A stretch of 56,057 nucleotides of DNA from Candidatus Caldarchaeales archaeon (GTDB lineage: Archaea; Thermoproteota; Nitrososphaeria_A; Caldarchaeales; Wolframiiraptoraceae). Below are positions 47,649 to 56,057 of this stretch, one piece after another. The position numbers and the translations under genes are program-made. The stretch is taken from the NCBI GenBank assembly GCA_039630055.1, contig JBCNVN010000003.1, positions 1-56,057 on the forward strand, given 5' to 3'. Each line of letters starts with the position of its first letter. Position 1 is the first letter of the stretch. Below the pieces are notes generated by a model that did not search any database, was not told the DNA's origin, and saw only the letters and a list, made by a program, of their open reading frames with translations.

Positions 47649-48506
47649 TTATCCACTAGGTTTAAGATAGTCTTCTAAATTTATATTCAGTTCTTCACAG
47701 AACTTCTTTCTAATAGTTTCTGTCTTCTCTCTGGCAATCTGAATAAGTTGTTCCACTAGATTTTCCGGTATCAAGCCTGGCGAATTTTTCTGTATAGATA
47801 TTATGTTTCCCAACTCATCTATGCCTATAACGATAGAGACGTCTAAAGCTGCTTCCTCCTCTAACTGGGGATCTACTAGGAATCTTCCCCTAATCAATCC
47901 AAATGTAGTAGTAAATGGTAGTGAACGGAGCTTGAGATTAAAGTATTCTCCAGTCTTTTGGATCTTTCCACCTACAACTTCATACTTAGGGATCTTAGCA
48001 GTAGCTAGAGCAGCTAAAGCAGCTATAACTGATGGGTCATAATAATTTCCATCATAGTCTAGTACATATACATCTATGAACAATATGTATGCTTTCTCTC
48101 CCTCAATCAGACAAAGTTTCTCTAGGTCGATAGTCTTGCTCTCTCTTATACTTCTATCTACTACTCTGGCAAGCTCTACCCCTCTTTCATCAGGTGGACC
48201 AGGCTCAAAGCTTATCGAGGCCAACGGAAGCAATTCTGCATTTACTGTAAACGAGCCTTCTCTCGGCCTATCAGGATATGGGGGACCGACCTCGGTCTTG
48301 ACTCCTACAAGTATCTTGGTTCCACCCATCGAGACTAGAGATGAGCCATCGGCTTTCTCCACTATCCCCGTAGTTATAGTGATAGGTCTCAGGTCTGTTG
48401 GAGATCTTCCATCAAGTCTCTTCCCCTGCTTTAAGAGATTGAATATTTTTTCTTGAACTATTCCGGCAACAAGGCTCTTTTTTGCTTGTGATGGCATAGA
48501 TGACAT
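47649..48506 (-). CDS. rrp42: Exosome subunit Rrp42
   Basis: RLDGR, KADGSS, FEPGPPDE..VELARVVDR and VLDYDGN. Confidence 0.96.
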   Translation of the reverse strand: MSSMPSQAKKSLVAGIVQEKIFNLLKQGKRLDGRSPTDLRPITITTGIVEKADGSSLVSMGGTKILVGVKTEVGPPYPDRPREGSFTVNAELLPLASISFEPGPPDERGVELARVVDRSIRESKTIDLEKLCLIEGEKAYILFIDVYVLDYDGNYYDPSVIAALAALATAKIPKYEVVGGKIQKTGEYFNLKLRSLPFTTTFGLIRGRFLVDPQLEEEAALDVSIVIGIDELGNIISIQKNSPGLIPENLVEQLIQIAREKTETIRKKFCEELNINLEDYLKPSG

Positions 48507-48511
48507 CTTTA

Positions 48512-49246
48512 CTAAACCTCCATCGGAGTTACATCACTATACTTTCTTCTAAGAGCTTCCTTCTGTCTTTGATAAACTTCTAATATGCCCTTCTTACCCA
48601 TCTCAAAAGCCTGCTTAAATTCTTCATTGGTAAATCTACCGTTCAACTGGAGGAGGACTATGGAGTTTAGTCTAGGGGCCATAGCCATAGGCATATCCGC
48701 CTCACCATACTTATCTTCTAGGTCGCATAAGTCTAGAACTATCTGCCCTCCAACTTTCCCTACAGCTATAGCTGCTACAAGGTCGGCCATGGGTATGCCT
48801 GCTTCTGCAAGAGCTAGAGATGCAGCAGTAAGTCCAGCTGTTCTAGTCCCACCATCTGCTTCTATAATTTCAATAAAAACATCGATACTTGTACGTGGAA
48901 ACTCTTCAAGGAAGACGACGCTCTCAAGAGCTTCTCTAATAACTTTAGATAACTCTATCTCTCTTCTAGTCATACCTAGAGGCTTTCTCTCATCTACACT
49001 GAAAGATGTCATATGGTATCTACAGTTGAGTATCGCTCTATCTGGTAAGGCTAGATGTTTAGGATGGACTTCTTTCGGACCGAATACTGCAGCGAAAACC
49101 TTAGTCTTCCCCAGTTCAATATAGGCTGATCCATCACTCTTCTCTAATACGCCAACTTCTATCTTCATAGGTCTAAGCTCATGCGGTCTACGACCATCAA
49201 TCCTCAATCCATCTTCACTAATTAGTTTCAATACTCCATCTCTCAT
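48512..49246 (-). CDS. rrp41: Exosome exonuclease Rrp41
   Basis: [33 protein letters not shown] and [10 protein letters not shown]. Confidence 0.97.
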   Translation of the reverse strand: MRDGVLKLISEDGLRIDGRRPHELRPMKIEVGVLEKSDGSAYIELGKTKVFAAVFGPKEVHPKHLALPDRAILNCRYHMTSFSVDERKPLGMTRREIELSKVIREALESVVFLEEFPRTSIDVFIEIIEADGGTRTAGLTAASLALAEAGIPMADLVAAIAVGKVGGQIVLDLCDLEDKYGEADMPMAMAPRLNSIVLLQLNGRFTNEEFKQAFEMGKKGILEVYQRQKEALRRKYSDVTPMEV

Positions 49247-49247
49247 A

Positions 49248-49913
49248 CTACTTCTCTCTTTCCAAAACGCTTTTTATTAAATTTCTGACTCTCTCCGTTA
49301 ACCCCTGTGAATGGGCTTCACGATCGATCATCTTTATCGCTGAGATAGCTGCAAACTCGTTTGCTGGAGTTGGTCCATCAATAACCACGAACCCATTTCT
49401 CCCTACTATTAGTTCACATCCAGACTCTTTCTTTATCATGTTTATCATAGAACCTCTCTTACCGATCAATCTTGGGATCTTTAATGGATGCATGTTAACC
49501 AGAAGTCCGGAACTGATCTTTTTGATTCTTCCACCAGCATCTAGAAATATTCCTCTAAGTCCACTCTCTCTAACGTTTGCATAGATTACATCTCCAATCT
49601 TTAAGTTTAAGGCTTGAACTTCCTTCTTATCAGGTATTCTTATAGTGGCTGTAAGATGTCTTCCCAAACTTACCTCAAAACCATTAGGCTTAACATCTAT
49701 TACTGTACCTATGACTCTGTCTCCTTCTTGGGGAACGTAAGCTCCTTTAAACGCGATTACACATACTCTATTGTTTCTTAATGTCGCAAAACCGACCTTT
49801 GAAGCGTAAACTCTACCCTCTAAATGGTATGTTCCCTCTCCACTTCTCTCTCCATTGTCTGAAAGTAGCTGTCCAGGTAGAACAATCTCTCTCTCAGAAA
49901 AATAAACGGGCAT
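49248..49913 (-). CDS. rrp4: Exosome RNA-binding subunit Rrp4
   Basis: [19 protein letters not shown] (S1) and [17 protein letters not shown] (KH). Confidence 0.95.
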   Translation of the reverse strand: MPVYFSEREIVLPGQLLSDNGERSGEGTYHLEGRVYASKVGFATLRNNRVCVIAFKGAYVPQEGDRVIGTVIDVKPNGFEVSLGRHLTATIRIPDKKEVQALNLKIGDVIYANVRESGLRGIFLDAGGRIKKISSGLLVNMHPLKIPRLIGKRGSMINMIKKESGCELIVGRNGFVVIDGPTPANEFAAISAIKMIDREAHSQGLTERVRNLIKSVLEREK

Positions 49914-49920
49914 AGCTCCT

Positions 49921-50625
49921 CTACTCCTCTACAATATTTACTTCAACCCTTCCGCCTGCCATCTTATTCAATCTATCTATTAAATCTAAATGCAGGCCTG
50001 TCGGAACCTCTACAATGCTTCTCCAGCTTCCATCCTTCCCCCATTCTTCTCTAACTATCTTACCCATATTCTTAACTAGACCATATGCTCTACCTACTAC
50101 ATCTCCAGGCAGTCTTATCTTAATCTTTATAATGCCTATTTTAAGTGGAAGTATTGTTCTAAGCTTCTCTATAATCTTCAATGCTTGTTCTTTTGCATCT
50201 TGGAATGGATCTATAGTCGCACCCGCCTGCTCTATTGCTAGCTCTATCCTCTGAGGTGGGTGGGGCAGGTTAGTTCTAGGATCTACAGCATTCTTAGAGA
50301 TGAAATCTATAATAGCCTTCTTCTTCTCTTCTATTAGTAGCCTCCTCTGCTCTGCTGTTATCTGTATAGTTCCTTCTTTCAATATTATCTCCGCTATCTT
50401 GAAGAATTCAGTTGTACCGAAAGCTTTATTCAGTTCTTCTTCACCAGCCCTGCTACCTTTACGAGAATCTTTGTAAACTTCTTCATAAACTACAATCTTC
50501 GATATAGGTATATTTTCTCCTAATCTGTATTTTAGAGCCTTATCAGGGTCTATAAGTATCTCAAACGTAGTCCCCTTTCTCTCAATCTTGGCCACCGTGT
50601 ACGAGGTCTTCACCGGCATTTTCAC
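49921..50625 (-). CDS. Ribosome maturation factor SBDS/Sdo1
   Basis: FEILIDP, KAFGTT, IQITAEQRR and DPRTNLPHPPQRIE. Confidence 0.96.
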   Translation of the reverse strand: MKMPVKTSYTVAKIERKGTTFEILIDPDKALKYRLGENIPISKIVVYEEVYKDSRKGSRAGEEELNKAFGTTEFFKIAEIILKEGTIQITAEQRRLLIEEKKKAIIDFISKNAVDPRTNLPHPPQRIELAIEQAGATIDPFQDAKEQALKIIEKLRTILPLKIGIIKIKIRLPGDVVGRAYGLVKNMGKIVREEWGKDGSWRSIVEVPTGLHLDLIDRLNKMAGGRVEVNIVEE

Positions 50626-50756
50626 TTATCCAATGATCGCCCATTATTTAAGTAATCAGTTAACATTAATAAAACCGGGAAACCGTAGAGATGTTAGTGG
50701 AGAGGTAAAACTCATTAATGATTATCGTGAAATAGATATCCTAGAGAGTTTTAGAG

Positions 50757-52556
50757 GTGTTTAAGTTGAGTATGTTGAGGGTTGCTGTTTTAGAGAAGGA
50801 TAGATGTGATTCACGTAAGTGTGGGATACCCTGTATTCGGTTCTGTCCTCCTGTAAGAAATGGGGTTGAAGCGATAAAAATGGGTGATGATAACTATCCG
50901 ATAATAGTTGAGCAACTATGTATTGGCTGTGGTATCTGTGTTAACAAATGCCCATTTAATGCTATATCTATAGTTAATCTTCCACAAGAGTTAAGTAAAG
51001 ATCTCACCCATCAATATGGGGTTAACGCTTTCAGAATCTATCGGCTTCCATACCTAGAGAAGAGTACGGTTATAGGCTTAATAGGTAAAAACGGTATTGG
51101 GAAGACTACCGCGGTACAGATACTGGCAGGCCAGATCAAGCCGAACCTAGGGAAACTTGATTCAACCGATATAAGCTTACTAGAGATCTCGAGATATTTT
51201 AGAGGGACCCTTCTTCAAGAATATCTAACCCAACTCTATAATGGTAATCTAAAGATAAGTTACAAACCCCAATACATAGATAAAATACCAAAGATAGTTA
51301 GAGGAAAGGTTAAAGATCTGCTCCAGAAGATTTCTACTCAAGATAAGCTCGATGAAATAGTTAAACAATTTGAATTAACTCATCTACTGGAAAGAGACGT
51401 CTCTGTTCTTAGTGGAGGTGAGCTTCAGAGACTTGCAATAGCCGCATGCATCTTAAAAGATGCTGAAGTCTATCTATTCGATGAGCCGAGCGCATACCTC
51501 GATATTAAACAGAGGTTTAAGATCGCCTCAATAATAAGAAGTTTTGGTAAGGATGGTTCAAGAACTCTAGTCGTAGATCATGACCTAGCCGTTCTAGATT
51601 ATCTAGCAGATAAGATCTTCGTATTCTATGGTAAACCCTCAGTCTACGGGATTGTTTCAGGCCCATTCAGCGTTAGAGAAGGAATAAACATATTTCTTCA
51701 AGGATATATTCCTTCAGAGAACATAAGATTTAGACAAGATAAAATCGTATTCCAAGTTAGACCACCCTCCTTAGAGACAGGGGTTGAGGGGTCTGAATAT
51801 CTCTACTGGCCAAATATGGTGAAGACTTATGAAGGTTTCAGATTGGAGGTTAGAGAAGGTAGAGCTTATAGAGGTGAAGTAGTTGGGATAGTTGGAGCCA
51901 ATGGGATTGGGAAGACGACCTTCATAAAGCTTCTAGCAGGAGTTGAAGAATGTGATGAAGGATTTAAGCTTTCCTATAAATCTATAAGCTTCAAGCCTCA
52001 ATATCCAGAACCTAGAGATGCATCGGTTGAAGAAGTTTTAAGGAATGCTGCTGGGAGAAAATTTGATTCAGAAGTCTACAGAGACGAGTTGCTTAAACCA
52101 TTTAGAATAGAAGATATTCTCGATAGAAACCTTCTAGACTTGAGTGGTGGAGAGCTCCAGAAGGTCGTTATCGTCGAGGCCCTATCTAGAGATGCAGAGA
52201 TCTATCTATTCGATGAGCCGAGCGCATATCTCGATGTTGAAGAAAGATATATGATGACGAAGATCATGAAAAGAGTTACAAGAGATAGAAAAGCTTACAC
52301 ATTCATCGTAGACCACGATCTGATGGTACTAGACTTCTCATCAAGTAAGTTGATGGTATTTACAGGAGAACCTGGAAAGCATGGTGTAGCCGAGGCACCC
52401 ACAGATCTCCATACAGGTTTTAACAAATTCTTGAAAGAAATGAATATTACGTTTAGAAGAGATCCGGATACTGGGAGACCTAGAGCTAACAAGCTTGGTT
52501 CACAGCTTGATAAGATACAGAAAGAGATAGGAGAATACTATTATCTATCATCCTAA
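50757..52556 (+). CDS. ABCE1/RLI ribosome recycling ATPase
   Basis: N-terminal Fe-S domain (C..C..C..FCP, CIGCGICVNKCPF), two NBDs (GKNGIGKT, GANGIGKT, LSGGELQ twice), ITFRRD..TGRPRANK; start may be ATG 50772. Confidence 0.97.
   Translation: MFKLSMLRVAVLEKDRCDSRKCGIPCIRFCPPVRNGVEAIKMGDDNYPIIVEQLCIGCGICVNKCPFNAISIVNLPQELSKDLTHQYGVNAFRIYRLPYLEKSTVIGLIGKNGIGKTTAVQILAGQIKPNLGKLDSTDISLLEISRYFRGTLLQEYLTQLYNGNLKISYKPQYIDKIPKIVRGKVKDLLQKISTQDKLDEIVKQFELTHLLERDVSVLSGGELQRLAIAACILKDAEVYLFDEPSAYLDIKQRFKIASIIRSFGKDGSRTLVVDHDLAVLDYLADKIFVFYGKPSVYGIVSGPFSVREGINIFLQGYIPSENIRFRQDKIVFQVRPPSLETGVEGSEYLYWPNMVKTYEGFRLEVREGRAYRGEVVGIVGANGIGKTTFIKLLAGVEECDEGFKLSYKSISFKPQYPEPRDASVEEVLRNAAGRKFDSEVYRDELLKPFRIEDILDRNLLDLSGGELQKVVIVEALSRDAEIYLFDEPSAYLDVEERYMMTKIMKRVTRDRKAYTFIVDHDLMVLDFSSSKLMVFTGEPGKHGVAEAPTDLHTGFNKFLKEMNITFRRDPDTGRPRANKLGSQLDKIQKEIGEYYYLSS
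51469..52228 (+). repeat. 28-bp exact direct repeat (51469-51496 and 52201-52228) at the two Walker B motifs of ABCE1
   Basis: TCTATCTATTCGATGAGCCGAGCGCATA in both copies, extending to 34/35 identity. Confidence 0.9.
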
Positions 52557-52615
52557 CCGGTCATAGGAAGATTTTGGAAGATTGATTATACTTAATAGTA
52601 AAAAATTAGGCGTGA

Positions 52616-53137
52616 ATGTATGAGGAGGTTTCGATGGATAGTAGGAGTATGAGTATAATGTTTAGAAGGGCCACGATAGTTAACTCATTGATATCAATAG
52701 TCTGGACCATCATCATAGTACTGCCTCTCGAGCCTTTCTCCCTACTCTTGAGGGTAATAGTTGGAGGAGGGCCTGGAATATGGTTCTTGCTAGCCTACAT
52801 TCTCCACATCATCATTGGATCAGGAGTTTTCACCGGATTTTCATATCTTTACTACTTGATTGAAGATTCATCGAATATCAAGGCTGAAAATATATTTAAC
52901 CTGACTGGATTCTTCCTCCTATTTATCGGAGTTAACATTACTTTAATAGTTTTAGCAGTAGCTGGAGCTATCGGAGGATATTATCTAAACATCTTACATC
53001 TGCCGATAGAAATTGTCCGAGAGACTCTAGAACCTTTCGTAAATCCTTTAAGGATACTCTCTATAGTAACAGTGATCGGAGCTTTACTGTGTTTAGAGCC
53101 GTTTCTAAGAATTGACTTCCGTGGCCGAACTTTATAA
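52616..53137 (+). CDS. 4-TM membrane protein, paralog of 54121..54699
   Basis: Shares the RVI..G..G.WF...Y....I.G.......Y..IE and IGV.......GG pattern with the paralog. Confidence 0.7.
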   Translation: MYEEVSMDSRSMSIMFRRATIVNSLISIVWTIIIVLPLEPFSLLLRVIVGGGPGIWFLLAYILHIIIGSGVFTGFSYLYYLIEDSSNIKAENIFNLTGFFLLFIGVNITLIVLAVAGAIGGYYLNILHLPIEIVRETLEPFVNPLRILSIVTVIGALLCLEPFLRIDFRGRTL

Positions 53138-54036
53138 TCTATTCTATAACCTATGTAGAAGGCTACGATCGCCGATATGATTACTGTCAAGATAAAGAAC
53201 ATGGAGAGAATAATGTGGGAAGAATTATTCCACTCAGGTTTAGAATATCTCCATGCAACGGTATTATTCTCTTTCGAGATTATTGAAATAAATGGGGGAA
53301 CCTGTCCTCCTCCCACCTCAAATAAGGGTCTTCTATCAAATACCTGTCCATCATCTACGTACCATCCACCTAAAACCCTGTTCCCATCAACTAGAATCGA
53401 GTATAGAACGGCTTCACCCATATTTTTAAAGACTTCTTCATTGTAGGTATATGATTCTAGAGCGATTACTTCTTGTTCACCATCCATAAAAGTTGAACTA
53501 TTATCGACGACTATTTTTATATCTATCTTCTCACCAGTTGAAAGATTTAAGATTGAAGAAGCCCAACATCCTGCTGGACAATCTTCACCATCCTCGTAAT
53601 ATATTGAGATTGCTACTTTGTCTTTTGGAGAGAAGTAAGGTGTAGAATTTAGTCTGACCGGTACATAGTTTTTACCTTTATAGGAAATTTCTGTGACATA
53701 CATAAAATAACTAGACCAATAAGAACTATTTCGATATATGCCTGTAGCAGTTTGAATTATGGTTCCACCTTTAGTCATTATACTAACGATCAGATAAATA
53801 GTATTATCTGTGTAGTTAATGTTTGGCAGAGAAAAGACTGCTGTTATATTGCTATGTTTACCCCATTCGACTGTGCCTCCACCTTCGAGGGGGCTGCCGT
53901 TTGGAATAGTCAATCCAAGACCCCATGATCTCATATAGATCCAAGAGTTTTGGTCTACGTTATTCCAAGATCTCTCTGAGATTATTAATATTTGAGTCGT
54001 AAGTAATATTGATATTATTAGTGAAGATGTTTTCAC
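52981..54036 (-). CDS. Secreted beta-rich protein with C-terminal TM anchor, possibly glutamic-peptidase-like
   Basis: Signal peptide, many NxS/T sequons, 'IIQTATG' and 'IALESY' segments, TM near the C-terminus; 157-nt convergent overlap with the neighbour. Confidence 0.65.
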   Translation of the reverse strand: MKTSSLIISILLTTQILIISERSWNNVDQNSWIYMRSWGLGLTIPNGSPLEGGGTVEWGKHSNITAVFSLPNINYTDNTIYLIVSIMTKGGTIIQTATGIYRNSSYWSSYFMYVTEISYKGKNYVPVRLNSTPYFSPKDKVAISIYYEDGEDCPAGCWASSILNLSTGEKIDIKIVVDNSSTFMDGEQEVIALESYTYNEEVFKNMGEAVLYSILVDGNRVLGGWYVDDGQVFDRRPLFEVGGGQVPPFISIISKENNTVAWRYSKPEWNNSSHIILSMFFILTVIISAIVAFYIGYRIDYKVRPRKSILRNGSKHSKAPITVTIESILKGFTKGSRVSRTISIGRCKMFR

Positions 54037-54120
54037 ATTTTATTTCATAAAAAAATCATTAAAAAGTTTATCTGATAGATTCTATACTGTTTGAGAAGTC
54101 TTAACGTAATTGAAGGATTT

Positions 54121-54699
54121 TTAACTTGTCTCAGTTCGCTTTCTCAATGTTATGATGAATCCTAACCCTCCAGCGATTACTCCGATAATTAACAATGTTA
54201 GAAACAACGATATCCAGAATGGGTATCCCAATGGTATACTGTAGAATATGTTTACATGTACTTGTCCAGGGTTCCAACCTTGTCCACCAACTTCAGGAGG
54301 TAGCATGGCTGCGCCACCCAAGTATCCTCCTATTATCATCAAGCCTGAAGCTCCAGTGACTCCTATATTCATTAATATAATATGTATCCATGCTAGAAGA
54401 TTTGAAACCCCTGTAATGCTCTTTCCCATCAGGTCTTCAATATAATGATAGAATAATGCTGTTACTGCTACTCCAACGACTCCTACTATTAGATAGATTA
54501 GATATCCGAATGTAAACCATTGGCCTGCGCTTCCAAATGCTATAACCCTGCTAGGCTCCGGTTTCAACCAGAATATCTGACCTATTAAAAAGTATATTGT
54601 CAATGCTGTTATCAATCCACCTTGAATTATGCCTGCAGTCATAAATCTTGAGGTCCAAACAGACTTAATTTTCTGTTCCATAAGAATCTGATATAACAC
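54121..54699 (-). CDS. 4-TM membrane protein resembling the C-terminal helices of heme-copper oxidase subunit I
   Basis: SRVIAFGSAGQWFTFGY...LFYHYIE...LAWIHIILMNIGV...GGYLGG. Confidence 0.7.
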   Translation of the reverse strand: MLYQILMEQKIKSVWTSRFMTAGIIQGGLITALTIYFLIGQIFWLKPEPSRVIAFGSAGQWFTFGYLIYLIVGVVGVAVTALFYHYIEDLMGKSITGVSNLLAWIHIILMNIGVTGASGLMIIGGYLGGAAMLPPEVGGQGWNPGQVHVNIFYSIPLGYPFWISLFLTLLIIGVIAGGLGFIITLRKRTETS

Positions 54700-54706
54700 T
54701 GTTATA
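54692..54706. promoter_or_regulatory. Perfect palindrome TATAACA-C-TGTTATA over the start of 54121..54699
   Basis: Overlaps the GTG start, about 25 nt downstream of a minus-strand TTTTTATA box (54738-54731). Confidence 0.35.
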
Positions 54707-54800
54707 CCATATAAAAAACCTTATGCTTCATATAAAAATCTCATAATAGATATAGGTTTAATAAGAGATATAATTCATTATCTCAACAATTTTAAGAGTA

Positions 54801-55439
54801 TTAAGATGTTCCAGATATAATCTTGGTTACTTCAGTAACGTCTTCCAGATAGTAGTCTGCTTCTCCCCTCTTATTATAAACGATGGCAGTGATCATTCCA
54901 ATCTCTTTTGCAGGTTTAACTTCAACCTCCCATCTATCTCCTACGTAGAGTATTCTGTCAAAAGAGGTCCCCAAAAGTTTTGACAATAGTATGTATCCAT
55001 CTTTCATCGGTTTTGGAGATGCATCATCGCTCGTGACCACGACATCGAAGTCTGATGAGTTAATGCCTATTGCCTCTAAAACTTTTGAAAATAGACTTCT
55101 CCCAGAATTTGTGTGACATCCGGTCTTAATATTCATCTTCCTTAGTTCTAATAAGAGGTTTCTCACTTCAGGTCTAGGCGCAATATAGTTAGAAGGGTAT
55201 ACTTTCTCAGCAAGACGCTCATAAAATATCTTCCTATCAACTCCCATAAGTTCAACGCTTAAACTAACGGTCTTTGTTTTCTTCTTAATTATCTCCAATC
55301 TACGTGCTGCCTCAAGATCATCTATTCCTAAAATCTCTCCTAAGACTTTATTGATCTGCTCTTTCAAATGGGCTTCGTATCTCCTAGACCTATACAATGT
55401 TCCATCTACATCGAAGACTACAGCATTTATCCCAATCAT
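54801..55439 (-). CDS. HAD-superfamily hydrolase
   Basis: FDVDGTLY, HTNS, PKP and YVGDRWEVE. Confidence 0.9.
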   Translation of the reverse strand: MIGINAVVFDVDGTLYRSRRYEAHLKEQINKVLGEILGIDDLEAARRLEIIKKKTKTVSLSVELMGVDRKIFYERLAEKVYPSNYIAPRPEVRNLLLELRKMNIKTGCHTNSGRSLFSKVLEAIGINSSDFDVVVTSDDASPKPMKDGYILLSKLLGTSFDRILYVGDRWEVEVKPAKEIGMITAIVYNKRGEADYYLEDVTEVTKIISGTS

Positions 55440-55634
55440 ATGATATATTCTTTACCCCCATCAAAATCGAGCTGTCATGCACATATTAAATTTTTTAGAG
55501 TATAGAGTTAACAATCCCCATTCTATAAATATATAAATAATGATATATGTCAATTCATCTTAATCACTTCTATAATGCCTCTAATACAATGTAAATTATG
55601 AAAAACTGCACAAGACCTTAATCTTCTAGTTAGA

Positions 55635-55925
55635 ATGTTTATATTGGAGCACTATCTCTCACTTCTCATGAAACTAACCTTTAGAGCGGTTCTCTTCTAC
55701 ATCTTGATTATCTTAGGTTTAACTACGCTTATTACTGGGCTAGTTCTATACTCGTGGCCCAGAGGACCCCAGTCTGGTAGAATAGAGTTTCTCGGTTTAA
55801 GAAAAGATGATTGGAGAGATTTCCATATGCAGATATCGATAGTTCTATCAGTAATATTGTTAGTACATATACTTGAGAATAGAAGCTGTGTTAAGGTATA
55901 TGTGAAGACTACTTTGGGTAGTTGA
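55635..55925 (+). CDS. DUF4405-like small membrane protein with two His residues
   Basis: ITGLVLY...FLGL.KDDWRDFH....LVHILEN pattern; start may be ATG 55668. Confidence 0.75.
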   Translation: MFILEHYLSLLMKLTFRAVLFYILIILGLTTLITGLVLYSWPRGPQSGRIEFLGLRKDDWRDFHMQISIVLSVILLVHILENRSCVKVYVKTTLGS

Positions 55926-55926
55926 G

Positions 55927-56055
55927 TTAGACTGCTTCAACCATCTCCATAGATATCTCGATGCCTTTTATTATATTTGAAACTTCTTTGAATTCTTCTA
56001 GATGTTTCTCGATGTCTTCTGAAGTATGTTGGACTGATACTGTCCATTGTTCATC
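55927..56055 (-). CDS. C-terminal end of a probable class-III aminotransferase (glutamate-1-semialdehyde aminomutase-like), truncated by the window edge
   Basis: Reverse strand reads DEQWTVSVQHTSEDIEKHLEEFKEV...EAV-stop, similar to the GSA-AT-type 'S..HT.EDI' tail. Confidence 0.6.
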   Translation of the reverse strand, partial: DEQWTVSVQHTSEDIEKHLEEFKEVSNIIKGIEISMEMVEAV

Positions 56056-56057
56056 TG

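Noticed and set aside
1-56057. CRISPR arrays, rRNA genes, transposases, integrases
   Set aside because: No regularly spaced repeats, rRNA-like segment or recombinase/transposase motifs were seen.

Overview
56-kb, roughly 38-40% GC (by eye) window from an archaeal chromosome of the TACK group. The short XPF, exosome superoperon, two-intron BHB tRNA and bacterial-type DsrAB fit an Aigarchaeota/Caldarchaeales-like thermophile, but that assignment is inference. Left part (1-10.3 kb): carbamate kinase 3' end, a HAD hydrolase, a MoxR/DUF58 membrane cluster, a PIN-ATPase, an OSTC/DC2-like protein and a RadB-like protein. Next come tRNA-Leu(CAG) with two introns, a frameshifted TerC, a P2A-type ATPase and a CAAX protease. 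The centre (16.1-33.2 kb) is a dissimilatory sulfite-reduction cluster: yeiH-type transporter, radical SAM, ferredoxin, DsrD-like protein, dsrAB, a first dsrMK pair, siroheme genes, dsrN, then dsrC-Rieske-cytochrome b-small membrane protein-dsrM-dsrK. The most striking feature is this Rieske/cytochrome b module inside the dsrC-dsrMK unit, with no dsrJOP. Its Rieske protein lacks both disulfide cysteines and its cytochrome b has Lys at the fourth heme-ligand position. The right part holds branched-chain amino acid genes (leuA preceded by a leader ORF ending I-C-I-L-L-L), XPF, an ECF transporter, a DHH protein, prefoldin beta, cimA, the exosome operon, ABCE1 and several membrane proteins. No CRISPR array, rRNA, transposase or integrase was seen. 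All family calls come from motif recognition by eye, not database searches.
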